The notes beneath the pieces are model-generated. The model searched no databases and had not been told where the DNA came from. It was given only the letters and a program-made list of their open reading frames with translations. A DNA stretch of 39,924 nt. It comes from a virus (lineage: Duplodnaviria; Caudoviricetes). Within the stretch, counting starts at the first letter, position 1; each line of letters starts with the position of its first letter. The stretch covers positions 1 to 39,924 of the IMG/VR virus record IMGVR_UViG_3300030451_001250. The stretch is one strand, 5' to 3'. A program made the position numbers and the translations under genes. Shown here one piece after another: positions 8,725-19,440 of the stretch.

Positions 8725-9422
8725 ATTGGAAAGACGCTGCTCTTGCTCATGCGAAAGACCAAGACCCTAAAGAATCTTGCGGACTTTTGTTGAATATCAA
8801 AGGAAAAGAAAGATATTTTCCTTGTAGAAATTTATCAATGACAGCCCATCAATGTTTTATTATTGACCCAGAAGATTATATAAAAGCAGATAATACAGGA
8901 GATATTATTGCTGTTGTTCATAGTCACCCAGTTACTCCACCAGTTGCTAGTCAGGCAGATCAAATTAGTTGTGAACAAAGTAATTTCCCGTGGCATATTG
9001 TTAATCCAAAAACAGAACAATGGGGATATTGCGAACCTTGCGGATATAAACCACCCTTGCTTGGCAGACCTTGGGTTTGGGGTGTCACTGATTGTTGGTC
9101 TTTAGTCAAAGATTGGTACAAAGAAGAAAAAAATATTGATCTAAAAGATTGGGATAGACCTACAACACCAGAAGAATTTATATTGAATCCTTTGTTTGAA
9201 AGTTGTGCTTGGGGAACGGGTTTTAGAGAGATTGAACCAGGTGAAAAATTAATAAATGGCGATGCTTTATTGATGTCTATTGGATCTCCTGGTTTAAATC
9301 ATGTAGCTATTTTTATAAATGGTGATGTTTTGCACCATTTAACAGATAGACTAAGTTGTATAGAGCCTTATTCGGAATGGTTGTTAAAATGCACAGGAAA
9401 GAGGTTGCGTTATGCTGCGTAA
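8721..9422 (+). CDS. Lambda gpK-like tail assembly protein (JAB/Mov34 + NlpC/P60)
   Basis: 'PKESCGL', 'VVHSHP...S.AD', 'GVTDCWSLV' and 'NHVAIF...LHH'. Confidence 0.92.
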   Translation: MNWKDAALAHAKDQDPKESCGLLLNIKGKERYFPCRNLSMTAHQCFIIDPEDYIKADNTGDIIAVVHSHPVTPPVASQADQISCEQSNFPWHIVNPKTEQWGYCEPCGYKPPLLGRPWVWGVTDCWSLVKDWYKEEKNIDLKDWDRPTTPEEFILNPLFESCAWGTGFREIEPGEKLINGDALLMSIGSPGLNHVAIFINGDVLHHLTDRLSCIEPYSEWLLKCTGKRLRYAA

Positions 9423-10029
9423 AATAAAACTATATGGAGAATTAGCCACATTTGTTGGTCATAAAGAATTTGAAGTAAAAGCAGACACTCTAAGTCATGC
9501 AATAAGTTTTTTAGTTAATAATTTTGAAGGCATAGAAGAATATATGAACCCGAAATATTATCAGGTAAAAGTTGGTGATTATGCTATTTCTAAAACAGAA
9601 ATAGAACATCCAATAGGACAACAAGATATTCATTTTGTCCCTGTTATAGCTGGTGCTGGAGGAAATACAGGGAAAATATTGTTAGGTGCTGCATTAATTG
9701 CTGTAGGCATGGGTGCTTTTGGTGCTTTTTCTGGTAAAGCTGTTTCCTTTGGAGCAAAGGGTATTGGTTTTGGGAAGGCTGCTCTTGGAGCTAAAGCCGC
9801 TTTTGGCATTGGTGCTGCTTTGGTTCTTTCTAGTGTGAGTGATATGTTATTTCCATTACCAACAATGCCTGAATTTAAAAGTGAACAAGACCCTAGAATA
9901 TCATTTGGTTTTGGTGGAACGCAAAATACTTCAAGGGCTGGAACTCCAGTTCCAATAGTTTATGGAGAAATAGTTACAGGATCAGTTGTTATAAGTGGTG
10001 CTGTTGATACCCAACAGGTGAGAGCATGA
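9412..10029 (+). CDS. Lambda gpI-like tail assembly protein
   Basis: 'IKLYGELA', 'IHFVPVIAGAG' and 'NTSRAGTPVPIVYGE..GSVVIS'. Confidence 0.9.
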   Translation: MLRKIKLYGELATFVGHKEFEVKADTLSHAISFLVNNFEGIEEYMNPKYYQVKVGDYAISKTEIEHPIGQQDIHFVPVIAGAGGNTGKILLGAALIAVGMGAFGAFSGKAVSFGAKGIGFGKAALGAKAAFGIGAALVLSSVSDMLFPLPTMPEFKSEQDPRISFGFGGTQNTSRAGTPVPIVYGEIVTGSVVISGAVDTQQVRA

Positions 10030-13000
10030 CAAACGCACCAAGGAAAATTATTCGAGGTTCTGGTGGTGGTAGTCCTCCACCTCCCCCTCAACCGACTAGA
10101 GCGCCTGATACTTTACATAGTAGACAGTTTGCTACTTTTCTTGATCTTATTTCTGAAGGTGAAATCGAAGGGTTTGCTTCTGCTTCAAAAGAAGGACTTA
10201 CAAAAGGAACAACTGCATATAACAACGCTGCATTAAAAGATGTATTTTTAAATGATACCCCTGTCTTAAAATCCACAGCTAATTCTGCTAGTCCAGCTTC
10301 TACTGATTTTAATTTCCAAGATGTAAGTTTTAATCCTAGATTTGGTACATCAGGTCAGACAAAAATTGAAGGTATTGAGAGCAGTTCATCCGTCACGGCA
10401 GTAGGAGTAACTGTGACAACATCTGCTCCTGTTACTAGACAGATCACAAATACAGATGTTGACGCTGTAAATGTAACGATAACCTTTCCACAACTACAAA
10501 AAGCCACAGATAAAGGTGATTTATTAGGTTCTACTGTCCAATTTAAGATTTCAGTTCAATATAATTCTGGTGGTTACACGGATATTATTACAGACACGAT
10601 TACAGGTCGAAGTGCTGATGCTTACCAAAGAGATTATAGGGTGAATCTTACAGGTGCTTTCCCTGTTGATATTAGAGTTAGTAGAGTTACAGCAGATAGT
10701 TCAGATTCAAGTCTTATAGATGCTTTCCAATGGACAAGCTACGGAGAAATTATTGATGATTCTAATACTTATGCTAATAGTGCTTATGCTTCTCTTCGAT
10801 TGGATTCTATGCAGTTCCAATCAATTCCTACTAGAAAATATCGTATTAGAGGAGTAAAGGTAAGGATTCCAGGAGCAGGTGCTAGTGGATCTGGCACTCC
10901 GACTGTAGATAGTGCTACTGGTCGTATCGTTTATCCGACTGGTTATATTTTTAATGGTGTTATGGGTGCTGCTCAATGGTGTTCATGCCCTTCGATGGTG
11001 CTGCTTGATCTGTTAACTAATACACGCTATGGATTTGGAGATCATATAACAGATAGCAGCCTTGATTTATTTTCTTTTGTAACTGCTAGTAAATTTGCAA
11101 ATACGTTAGTATCAGATGGATTAGGAGGTCAAGAGGCTAGGTTTAGTTGCAATGTAAATATACAAGGGAGTGAGGAGGCGTTTGATTTAATAAATGAGTT
11201 AGCTGGTGTGATGAGGTGTATGCCAATTTGGTCTGCTGGTAGTATTTCTTTAAAACAGGACAGTCCAGCTACAGCTTCGTATCTTTTTAATTTGTCAAAT
11301 ATCACCAGTGATGGATTTACTTATTCTGGTAGCAGTCTTAAGCAACGTCACAGCGTTGTTTCTGTGTCTTATTTCAACATGGATACACAGGAGATAGATT
11401 TTGAAGTTGTAGAAGATGCCAATTTAATTAACAAAATAGGTACAAGTATCAAACAAGTTAAAGCTTTTGCTTGTACTTCCAGGGGGCAAGCTGCCAGATT
11501 AGGTCGGGCAATTCTTTTTAGTGAAGCTAATGAAACTGAGATAGTGAGTTTTACAACTTCTATTGATAGCGGAATTGTAGTAAGGCCATCAGCAATCATA
11601 GAAATTGCAGATCCTGTTAGAAGTGGAGTAAGAAGAGGAGGAAGGATTGCTTCTGTGACTTCTACAACTGTTATGACTGTTGATGATTCTACAAATACAG
11701 ATATAGCAACTACAGATAATGCAAAATTTAGCGTTGTAATGCCAGATGGGACAGTCGAAACTAAGGATATTACTTCTGTTTCTGGAGCGACAATTACGGT
11801 TTCAAGTGCTTTTTCTCAAACACCCAACGTCAATGCAAATTGGTTAATTTCTAATGACACTGTTCAATCTCAATTATTTAGAGTAATAACTGTGGAAGAA
11901 ATAGATGGCATAAACTATGCGATCACTGCTTTATCTTATGTAAATGCTAAATATGCTTTTATTGAAGATGGTTCAAGTTTACCAACAAGAACTGTATCTA
12001 CTTTAAATGAATTTAAAGCCCCACCATCGGCTTTACAGGCTGTTGAAAAAATTGTTGTTGTTAATAACCAAGCAGTATCGAAAATCATTATTAGTTGGCA
12101 GCCTATTGTTGGTGTTACGCAGTATCAATTTAACTATAGATTTAATAATGGAAACTTTATATCCCAAACAACTTCTAGCCCTGATTTTGAAATATTTGAT
12201 AGTGATATTGGAACGTATGAATTTCAAGTATTTAGTTATAACGCAGCATTGCAAACAAGTGCGACTTCCGCTGACTTAACTTTTAATGCAGTTGGTAAAA
12301 CGGCCTTACCTTCAAACGTAACTGGATTAACAGCAGAGCCTATAAATGAAAAATTAGTGAGATTACGTTGGGATTTATCTACTGATGTAGACGTTATTCA
12401 TGGTGGTCGTGTCTATGTAAGACATTCCACAAAAACAGATGGGACAGGAACATTTAGTAACTCTGTCGATCTAATTCAAGCGTTAGCTGGTAATACAACA
12501 ACTGCTGAAGTTCCTTATTTAGAAGGGGAATATATTTTGAAATTCAGAGATGACGGAGGGAGATTTAGTGCTGGAGAAACAAGTGTCATCATTGATTTAC
12601 CTGACAATCAAGCTCCTTTGTTAACACAAACCAGAAGAGAAGACAATGATAGCCCTAAGTTTCAAGGAACAAGAAGCAATATTGATTTTGATTCCGCAAC
12701 AGGAACTATTAATTTAGCTGGATCTGGTTTATTTGATGCTATTAGTGATTTTGATGCAGTCGGGTCATTAGATGACTTTGGTGGTATTGAAAGTTCTGGT
12801 ACTTACGATTTTGGAGGGACTGCTGGTGGAGATACTTTAGATTTAGGAGGTGTATTTAGTCTTGATCTTAAACGTCACTTCTTAACCGAAGCTTTTTATC
12901 CTAGTGATTTAATAGATAGTAGGACAGCAAATATTGATACCTGGACAGATTTTGATGGAGCTACCGCAACAGATGTAAATGCTGAGATGTTAGTCAGGGT

Positions 13001-13442
13001 TACACAAGATAATCCTTCTTCTGGATCTCCTACATATACAGCGTTTCAGACTTTTGCCAATGGTACTTATAAAGGTAGAGGATTCCAATTTAGAGCAAAA
13101 TTAACAAGTAATGATACAGCACAAGATATTAGAGTATCGCAATTAGGCTATACAGCGTCTTTACAGAGAAGAACAGAACAAAGTAATATTATTGCAAGCG
13201 GAGCAGGTGCAAAAGCTGTCACGTTTACCAATCCATTTTTTGTTGGGACTTCTTCCCTATTAGGAGCAAATTCTAATTTACCTTCTATTGGAATTAATGC
13301 TCAGAATATGGCATCTGGAGATTACTTCGTTGTTTCCAGTGTAAGTGGTACAGGATTTACTGTTCACTTCAAAAACTCCTCAAATGCTTCGATTGATAGA
13401 AATTTCAGTTATCAGGCTGTCGGATTTGGTAAAGGAGGGTAG
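10026..13442 (+). CDS. Lambda gpJ-like tip attachment / central tail fibre protein
   Basis: 'LDLISEGEIEG', 'LLDLLTNTRYGFG', 'EARFSCN', 'AFACTSRGQAARLG' and FN3-like domains. Confidence 0.93.
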   Translation: MTNAPRKIIRGSGGGSPPPPPQPTRAPDTLHSRQFATFLDLISEGEIEGFASASKEGLTKGTTAYNNAALKDVFLNDTPVLKSTANSASPASTDFNFQDVSFNPRFGTSGQTKIEGIESSSSVTAVGVTVTTSAPVTRQITNTDVDAVNVTITFPQLQKATDKGDLLGSTVQFKISVQYNSGGYTDIITDTITGRSADAYQRDYRVNLTGAFPVDIRVSRVTADSSDSSLIDAFQWTSYGEIIDDSNTYANSAYASLRLDSMQFQSIPTRKYRIRGVKVRIPGAGASGSGTPTVDSATGRIVYPTGYIFNGVMGAAQWCSCPSMVLLDLLTNTRYGFGDHITDSSLDLFSFVTASKFANTLVSDGLGGQEARFSCNVNIQGSEEAFDLINELAGVMRCMPIWSAGSISLKQDSPATASYLFNLSNITSDGFTYSGSSLKQRHSVVSVSYFNMDTQEIDFEVVEDANLINKIGTSIKQVKAFACTSRGQAARLGRAILFSEANETEIVSFTTSIDSGIVVRPSAIIEIADPVRSGVRRGGRIASVTSTTVMTVDDSTNTDIATTDNAKFSVVMPDGTVETKDITSVSGATITVSSAFSQTPNVNANWLISNDTVQSQLFRVITVEEIDGINYAITALSYVNAKYAFIEDGSSLPTRTVSTLNEFKAPPSALQAVEKIVVVNNQAVSKIIISWQPIVGVTQYQFNYRFNNGNFISQTTSSPDFEIFDSDIGTYEFQVFSYNAALQTSATSADLTFNAVGKTALPSNVTGLTAEPINEKLVRLRWDLSTDVDVIHGGRVYVRHSTKTDGTGTFSNSVDLIQALAGNTTTAEVPYLEGEYILKFRDDGGRFSAGETSVIIDLPDNQAPLLTQTRREDNDSPKFQGTRSNIDFDSATGTINLAGSGLFDAISDFDAVGSLDDFGGIESSGTYDFGGTAGGDTLDLGGVFSLDLKRHFLTEAFYPSDLIDSRTANIDTWTDFDGATATDVNAEMLVRVTQDNPSSGSPTYTAFQTFANGTYKGRGFQFRAKLTSNDTAQDIRVSQLGYTASLQRRTEQSNIIASGAGAKAVTFTNPFFVGTSSLLGANSNLPSIGINAQNMASGDYFVVSSVSGTGFTVHFKNSSNASIDRNFSYQAVGFGKGG

Positions 13443-13467
13443 AATAAACTCAATGTTACTTTTTTAA

Positions 13468-14052
13468 ATGGCAGAACACGATTTTGTAATTGATAACGGA
13501 ACAGGAAGTGCAGTTCGTACTGACTTAAACAATGTTCTGCAAGCTATTGCGTCTAATAATAGCAAGTCTGGTGCGTTAACAACTAATTATGCTTATCAAT
13601 GGCACGTTGACACATCTGACGGAAATTTAAAGATAAGAAATGCAGCCAATAACGGATATGTAACTGTTGGTCCAGTAGCTACTACAAATTTTGGATTAGC
13701 ACCATTAGCAGGTGCAACATTTACTGGGAAAATAACTCATAATTATACATCTAGCGTTACAGTCCCTTCTGGTACAACGGCTCAGAGGGATGGTAGCCCT
13801 GCTGTTGGTATGTTGAGACACAATACCACCCTTAATCAATTTGAAGGCTATAACAATGGTGCATGGGGTGCTATCGGAGGAGGTGCTGGAGCTACTGGCG
13901 GAGGCACAGATGAAGTGTTCTTTGAGAATGACCAAACTGCAACAACTTCTTATAGTTTAACTGCCAATAAAAATGCACATAGCGTGAGTCCTACAATTAA
14001 TAACGGAGTCACAATTACTGTGCCTTCTGGTGCAAAATTAGTTATCTTATAG
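13468..14052 (+). CDS. Tail fibre protein
   Basis: N-terminal 'IDNGTGSAVRTDLN', a 'PSGTTAQR...GMLRHNTT..FEGY' fibre module and a Gly hinge. Confidence 0.75.
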   Translation: MAEHDFVIDNGTGSAVRTDLNNVLQAIASNNSKSGALTTNYAYQWHVDTSDGNLKIRNAANNGYVTVGPVATTNFGLAPLAGATFTGKITHNYTSSVTVPSGTTAQRDGSPAVGMLRHNTTLNQFEGYNNGAWGAIGGGAGATGGGTDEVFFENDQTATTSYSLTANKNAHSVSPTINNGVTITVPSGAKLVIL

Positions 14053-14054
14053 TT

Positions 14055-14657
14055 ATGGCTATTGCAATCAACGGATCAGGAACAGTTACAGGAATCTCAG
14101 TAGGAGGTTTGCCTGACGGAATAGTAGACACAGATATGCTTGCTAATAATGCTGTCAGTTCTGCAAAGTTAGCTAGTGGTGCTGGCGGTAAAGTTCTTCA
14201 AGTTAAGCAAGCGGTGAAAACTGATACCGCCTCTTCAACAAGTGAAAATTATGCAGATATTTCTGGGTTATCAGTATCTATTACCCCAGCATCAAGTTCA
14301 AATAAAATTTTAGTTACTTGTAATATTCATGTTTCTGGACATACAGATTCTTTCCAAGCATTTAAAGTTTTAAGAGATTCAACAGCCATAGGGTTAGGAA
14401 CAGCAGGTACAGGAAACCAAACTAATGCGAGTTTCGCAACTATGTGTGTAAATCAAGGTTCTGCTGAATATGGTTTAAGAATTGGAAGTTTTGAGTTTTT
14501 AGATTCCCCTAGTTCTACGAGTGCTTTAACTTATAAGGTTCAATGGGCATCAACATATCAAGATTATACTAGCTATATAAACAGACCCCATGATACTGTC
14601 AATGATGATTATAGTATATTCGCCAGTTCAACAATAACAGTAAAGGAGGTTGCATAA
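14055..14657 (+). CDS. Short tail fibre / fibre-tip protein
   Basis: 'GGKVLQVKQ', 'GLSVSITPASSSNKILV' and 'DSPSSTSALTYKVQ' tip domain common in marine phage fibres. Confidence 0.7.
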   Translation: MAIAINGSGTVTGISVGGLPDGIVDTDMLANNAVSSAKLASGAGGKVLQVKQAVKTDTASSTSENYADISGLSVSITPASSSNKILVTCNIHVSGHTDSFQAFKVLRDSTAIGLGTAGTGNQTNASFATMCVNQGSAEYGLRIGSFEFLDSPSSTSALTYKVQWASTYQDYTSYINRPHDTVNDDYSIFASSTITVKEVA

Positions 14658-14659
14658 TA

Positions 14660-14986
14660 ATGGCAAATCTTGACCATGAAGCTATAAGAAAAGCTTATCC
14701 TAACGCTGTAAATATTGATGATGGTGCAGGTGCTTTTGATAAAGATGGAAAGTCTGTAACTCTTGTTCAATCTAAGATTGATACAGCACGAACTGAATTA
14801 AACACAGAGGCAGCTAAAGTTAAATATAAAACCGATAGGACAACAAATGGTTCCAAAACGTATGCTTCTTTTGGAGATCAACTTGATATGTTGTATGCCG
14901 ATATGAAGGCAGGTAAACTAGATACAACTGGAACGTGGGCAACCCACATCAAAGCGGTTAAAGACGCTAACCCAAAACCTAGTTAA
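14660..14986 (+). CDS. Putative tail fibre assembly chaperone (copy 1)
   Basis: 'YKTDR...YASFGDQLDMLY.D...W..HIKAVKDANPKP'; follows a fibre gene. Confidence 0.65.
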   Translation: MANLDHEAIRKAYPNAVNIDDGAGAFDKDGKSVTLVQSKIDTARTELNTEAAKVKYKTDRTTNGSKTYASFGDQLDMLYADMKAGKLDTTGTWATHIKAVKDANPKPS

Positions 14987-14988
14987 TT

Positions 14989-15642
14989 ATGAGCAAAATA
15001 TCACTCAAACACTCAGGCGGTAATGTTGTTTCACTCAATGTCCCATCATCCGCACCAACTTCGGCAGACGTAGCATTTAAGCTGCCCAATGCTGATGGTT
15101 CGGCTGGTCAGTATATTAAAACTGATGGATCAGGTAATTTAGCTTTTGCTTCTGTAACTGCTACAAGCACAAGAACTTGTAGCAGCAATACTGTATTATC
15201 TAGTCAGGCGAATGTTGATTATACAGGTTTTGGAACATTAAAAAGATTTGATATTCACGTTAGTGCTTTAAGTACGGCTGGTGCAAATTGGGGTGTCAGA
15301 TTAGGTACTGGTGGAAGTTTAAAAACAAGTGGATATAATGCTGGAGCAGGTTATATAAGATCTTCTAGTAATGTGACCTCTTCAACAACTTCTGGGTTCT
15401 ATACACATGGAATGAACGAAGCAGCTTATTCTAATAATGGATATTTTACCTTTACTAAAGTTAGTGGCACAGAACATAAATGGTGGTGTATGGCAAATAT
15501 TTCAGAATACGAAACTCAAGATCATTGGTTTATTATTTTTGGCTATGTTACTTTAACAGGAACATTAGATATCATAAGTGTTTTGACAGAATCAGGAACT
15601 TTTGATGCTGGTAATTTACGTCTTGTTACTTACTCAGATTAA
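14989..15642 (+). CDS. Short tail fibre / fibre-tip protein
   Basis: 'FKLPNADGSAGQYIKTDGSGNLAF' fibre repeat plus a C-terminal tip domain. Confidence 0.7.
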   Translation: MSKISLKHSGGNVVSLNVPSSAPTSADVAFKLPNADGSAGQYIKTDGSGNLAFASVTATSTRTCSSNTVLSSQANVDYTGFGTLKRFDIHVSALSTAGANWGVRLGTGGSLKTSGYNAGAGYIRSSSNVTSSTTSGFYTHGMNEAAYSNNGYFTFTKVSGTEHKWWCMANISEYETQDHWFIIFGYVTLTGTLDIISVLTESGTFDAGNLRLVTYSD

Positions 15643-15644
15643 TT

Positions 15645-15944
15645 ATGACTAAAAAAACTATTGTAAATTTTCAAACAGGAAAGGAAACGACAGTTGATTT
15701 AACTTCTGAAGAAATTGCTGCCAGAGAAGCAATAGCGACTGAAAACGCTAAAACAAAATATGTAACTGACAGATTAATTCATGGTAAGGATAGCGATGGA
15801 AACAGTACGACATATTTAAATATTGGAGAGCAACTAGACCAACTATTTCGTGATATAGATTCTGGGAAGTTTGGTGCAGACGCAAAAACAGGTGAATGGT
15901 ATATTGCAACTAAGAAAGTAAAAGACGTTAATCCAAAACCATGA
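15645..15944 (+). CDS. Putative tail fibre assembly chaperone (copy 2)
   Basis: 'YVTDR...YLNIGEQLDQLFRD...W...KKVKDVNPKP'; paralogue of 14660-14986. Confidence 0.65.
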   Translation: MTKKTIVNFQTGKETTVDLTSEEIAAREAIATENAKTKYVTDRLIHGKDSDGNSTTYLNIGEQLDQLFRDIDSGKFGADAKTGEWYIATKKVKDVNPKP

Positions 15945-16366
15945 GTACACTAAAAGTCACTAATGTTGCACACGAAACAAGCACTTTAAATACGCTTGTA
16001 TTTGATAATGGTGGTGGTTCTGGTAACGGAAGAGTTACCACAAAAGGAACTATTGGAGAGATAACTGCTGTTTCTTACGCTTCTACGATTACATTGGATT
16101 TCAGAACTGGTAATAATTTTTCCACAACTCTTACTGGTAATGTCACTATTGCCAACCCTTCAAATATTTCTGCTGGTCAAAGTGGAGTTTTGTTTATAAC
16201 TCAAGATGGCACAGGAAGTAGAACCGCAGCATTTGGATCGTATTGGGACTTTTCAGATGGTACAGCACCTACATTATCAACAGGAGCTAATCAGGTAGAT
16301 GTTATTGCTTGGATAGCAAGAACCAACACAAATATAACTGCACAGTTTATTGGAAACTTTAGCTAA
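15941..16366 (+). CDS. Fibre-associated structural protein
   Basis: 'TLTGNVTIANPSN..AGQSG....QDGTGSRT' domain seen in phage tail appendages. Confidence 0.6.
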   Translation: MSTLKVTNVAHETSTLNTLVFDNGGGSGNGRVTTKGTIGEITAVSYASTITLDFRTGNNFSTTLTGNVTIANPSNISAGQSGVLFITQDGTGSRTAAFGSYWDFSDGTAPTLSTGANQVDVIAWIARTNTNITAQFIGNFS

Positions 16367-18870
16367 TGAGCAGTCTTGGCAGTCCTAATCCTTTCTTCAT
16401 AGCAGGCAAAAAAGCATACGAGATAGAACGCAGTTTAAGAGTTAATGATGATGATAGTGCATACCTAAGTAGAACACCTAGTAGTGCTGGAAATAGAAGA
16501 ACTTTTACTATAAGTCTATGGACAAAAAGAGCCAATCTTACTGGTGCTTTATTCGGTTCATATATATCTGATGCGGATAGAGCTACTTTAAGATTTACTA
16601 GCGATTATTTAGAATTTCAAAGTGCTGGTGCTTCTGTAAAAACAAATGCAGTATTTAGAGATTCATCTGCTTGGTATCATATAGTATGTGCTATTGATAC
16701 GACACAGGGAACTCAATCTAACAGAGGAAAGCTTTATGTAAATGGTGTCCAACAAGAGCTTTCTTCAAATAATTTTTCTCAAGATGTTGAAACAAGTGTA
16801 AATAACAACTCACTTCATGTACTTGGTACAAGATGGGCAAGCGGTAGTGCAAATATGTTATATGATGGATATTTAGCAGAAGTTCATTTAATAGATGGAT
16901 CGGCTTTAACACCATCATCTTTTGCCGAAACAGACGCAGTAACAGGAGAATATAAGCCTAAAAAGTTTGTGGGTTCATACGGAACAAATGGATATTATTT
17001 AAATTTTTCAGACAATTCTGGAACGACTGCAACAACACTTGGTAAAGATTCAAGCGGTAATGGTAATAATTGGACACCAAATAATTTTGCAACTGGTGAT
17101 TCTGTAAAAGATAGTCCTACTAATAATTTTGCAACATTTAGACTTTATGGAACACCTGCAGCAAGTGGAGCATTATTAGCAGAGGGTAATTTAAAATTCA
17201 CTACAGGTTCAAGTGGTTCCGCCAGAAACTTAAACAGACAAGGTATAAGCACTTTCCTTCCCACTTCTGGTAAATGGTATGCAGAAGTAAGAGTAACAGG
17301 TGGAAGTGAAAATAACTTTATTGGTGTTTCAGCTTATCAAGTGGGAATATCTCCTTCAAGCAATAATTCTCGATATGTTTATTATTATGGCCCTGATGGA
17401 CAAAAATACGTCAATACTAATGGTTCTGAATCAAATGCAAATCATGGTGCTGGATATGGAAATGATGATATTGTAGGCATCTACATTGATATGGATGCTG
17501 GAACCCCAACAGTTTATTTTTCAAAAAATGGACAATGGGCAGATGGATCGGGCAACTCTGATGAATCAACTCCTACTTCTGGAATCACTTTAGGAGATAC
17601 TTTTTTTACAACAGATGCAGGAGGACATACAGGGATTGGAATTATTGTAAGTTCTTCTTCTGGTGGGAGTAGTGTTAATTATCAGGCTAACTTTGGACAA
17701 GATAGTACATTTTCTGGACTAACTACAGCAGGTGGAAATACAGATGCAAATGCAAAGGGAGATTTTAAATATACAGTTCCTACAGGAGCTAAAGCCTTAT
17801 GTTCAGCAAACTTACCCGACCCAACAATAAAGCTACCTGATGACCATTTTAATACTGTACTTTGGTCTGGAAATGGAACTAACGGAAGAACTATTTCAGG
17901 TGTAGGTTTTGATCCTGATTGGACATGGATTAAGTGTAGAAGTGATGCTGTTGACCATTTACTATATGATACTGTCAGAGGTGGTAACAAGGTTATATCA
18001 TCTAATGCTACTGCTGTGGAAAGTAGCAGTTCACAGTATGGCTATCTAAGTGCATTTGCTTCAGATGGATTCACGCTTACTCAAGGAACTAACGGGACTC
18101 ATCCTATGGGTAGTGTTAATCACTCTGGTCGGACTTATGCTGCATGGAACTGGAAAGCTGGAGGATCTGCTTCTTCAAATGGTGATGGGTCTATAACGTC
18201 ATCTGTATCTGTCAATGCTTCAGTAGGGTTTTCTATAGTTTCTTGGACAAGCACTGGAACAACAGGTTCAACTATTGGGCATGGTTTAGGTGTTAAACCT
18301 AGTTGTATCATTTTAAAAGGTAGAAATACAACTGACGCTCAACCTTGGAGAGTTTATCATTCTAAACTAGGAGCAACAAAAAGTTTAATGTTAGACGCTA
18401 CTGATGCAGCAGCGACACAGACAGGTGTCTGGAACGATACTGAACCGACATCAAGTGTATTTACTGTTGGTAGTTTTAGCTCAGTTAATGAAAACACCAA
18501 AAATTATATAGCTTATTGTTTTAGTGAAGTAGCAGGGTTTAGCAAGTTTGGGTCATATAGAGGAAACCAAAATGCCAATGGCACGTTTGTTTTTACAGGT
18601 TTTAGACCTGCACTAGTAATTACGAAAGGAGATTGGGGTGGTAACTGGAATATGTACGATAATTCACGCAATCCATTTAATGTTGCTAACAAAACTTTAT
18701 ATCCAAATTTAAATAATGCAGAATCTACTGAAAGTTCATCAGGGAATCAAATGGATTTACTTTCAAATGGTTTTAAACTAAGAGGAAGTAATAATGATAC
18801 AAACCATGCTGCTGATTTCGTATATTTAGCTTTTGCGGAATCTCCATTTAAGTACGCTCGTGCTAGATAA
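16366..18870 (+). CDS. Large tail appendage protein with LamG/ConA-like and SPRY-like domains
   Basis: 'FRDSSAWYHIVCAIDTT', 'YDGYLAEVHLIDG', 'SGKWYAEV' and repeated 'GF.PD.VWIK.R'-type modules. Confidence 0.7.
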   Translation: MSSLGSPNPFFIAGKKAYEIERSLRVNDDDSAYLSRTPSSAGNRRTFTISLWTKRANLTGALFGSYISDADRATLRFTSDYLEFQSAGASVKTNAVFRDSSAWYHIVCAIDTTQGTQSNRGKLYVNGVQQELSSNNFSQDVETSVNNNSLHVLGTRWASGSANMLYDGYLAEVHLIDGSALTPSSFAETDAVTGEYKPKKFVGSYGTNGYYLNFSDNSGTTATTLGKDSSGNGNNWTPNNFATGDSVKDSPTNNFATFRLYGTPAASGALLAEGNLKFTTGSSGSARNLNRQGISTFLPTSGKWYAEVRVTGGSENNFIGVSAYQVGISPSSNNSRYVYYYGPDGQKYVNTNGSESNANHGAGYGNDDIVGIYIDMDAGTPTVYFSKNGQWADGSGNSDESTPTSGITLGDTFFTTDAGGHTGIGIIVSSSSGGSSVNYQANFGQDSTFSGLTTAGGNTDANAKGDFKYTVPTGAKALCSANLPDPTIKLPDDHFNTVLWSGNGTNGRTISGVGFDPDWTWIKCRSDAVDHLLYDTVRGGNKVISSNATAVESSSSQYGYLSAFASDGFTLTQGTNGTHPMGSVNHSGRTYAAWNWKAGGSASSNGDGSITSSVSVNASVGFSIVSWTSTGTTGSTIGHGLGVKPSCIILKGRNTTDAQPWRVYHSKLGATKSLMLDATDAAATQTGVWNDTEPTSSVFTVGSFSSVNENTKNYIAYCFSEVAGFSKFGSYRGNQNANGTFVFTGFRPALVITKGDWGGNWNMYDNSRNPFNVANKTLYPNLNNAESTESSSGNQMDLLSNGFKLRGSNNDTNHAADFVYLAFAESPFKYARAR

Positions 18871-18894
18871 ACGAGTATATACTAAAATAAAACT

Positions 18895-19440
18895 ATGGCA
18901 TTTAAATTAAACGGAAAACCTTTAGCAGTTGATGTTCCCTTTACTTTAGGGGATATAAATTACCCTGCTAACTGGTTAAGACTATCAACAGCACAAGAGA
19001 AGAAAGATATTGGTATTACTGAAGTTGCAGACGATCCAGTATATGATGGTCGTTTTTATAATGGAGATGGAACTGCAAAAGCACTTGATGATGTAGACGC
19101 TAAAGATGAAGATGGCAAATTAATGAAAAATGAAGACGGCAGTCAGATGGTTATACAGGGTGTTAAATCAGTTTTAAAAGCACAGGAAAAAGCAACTGCT
19201 GGTTCTTTGTTAGCAAAATATGATTGGTACGTTGTAAGAAAAGCTGAAAAATCTACAGCGATTCCTTCAGCTATAACAACCTATCGTGATGGAGTAAGAA
19301 CAGCTTGTAATACTAGGGAAACAGAAATTGACGATTGTGCAGATACAGCAGCTTTAGTTACTTTGTATGGAAGTACAGAACAAAGTGATAAAACTTGGAA
19401 GCCAAATATGACACAATACCCAGCAGATCCTAATTCTTAA
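18895..19440 (+). CDS. Tail-associated protein (putative chaperone/adaptor)
   Basis: 'YPANWLRLST.QEK..IGITEV' and 'LAKYDWYVVRKAE...IP..ITTYR..VR'; follows the appendage gene. Confidence 0.6.
   Translation: MAFKLNGKPLAVDVPFTLGDINYPANWLRLSTAQEKKDIGITEVADDPVYDGRFYNGDGTAKALDDVDAKDEDGKLMKNEDGSQMVIQGVKSVLKAQEKATAGSLLAKYDWYVVRKAEKSTAIPSAITTYRDGVRTACNTRETEIDDCADTAALVTLYGSTEQSDKTWKPNMTQYPADPNS

Noticed and set aside
13468-18870. Diversity-generating retroelement or invertase-based fibre switching
   Set aside because: No reverse transcriptase or recombinase is encoded, and I noticed no near-identical TR/VR pair or inverted crossover sites.
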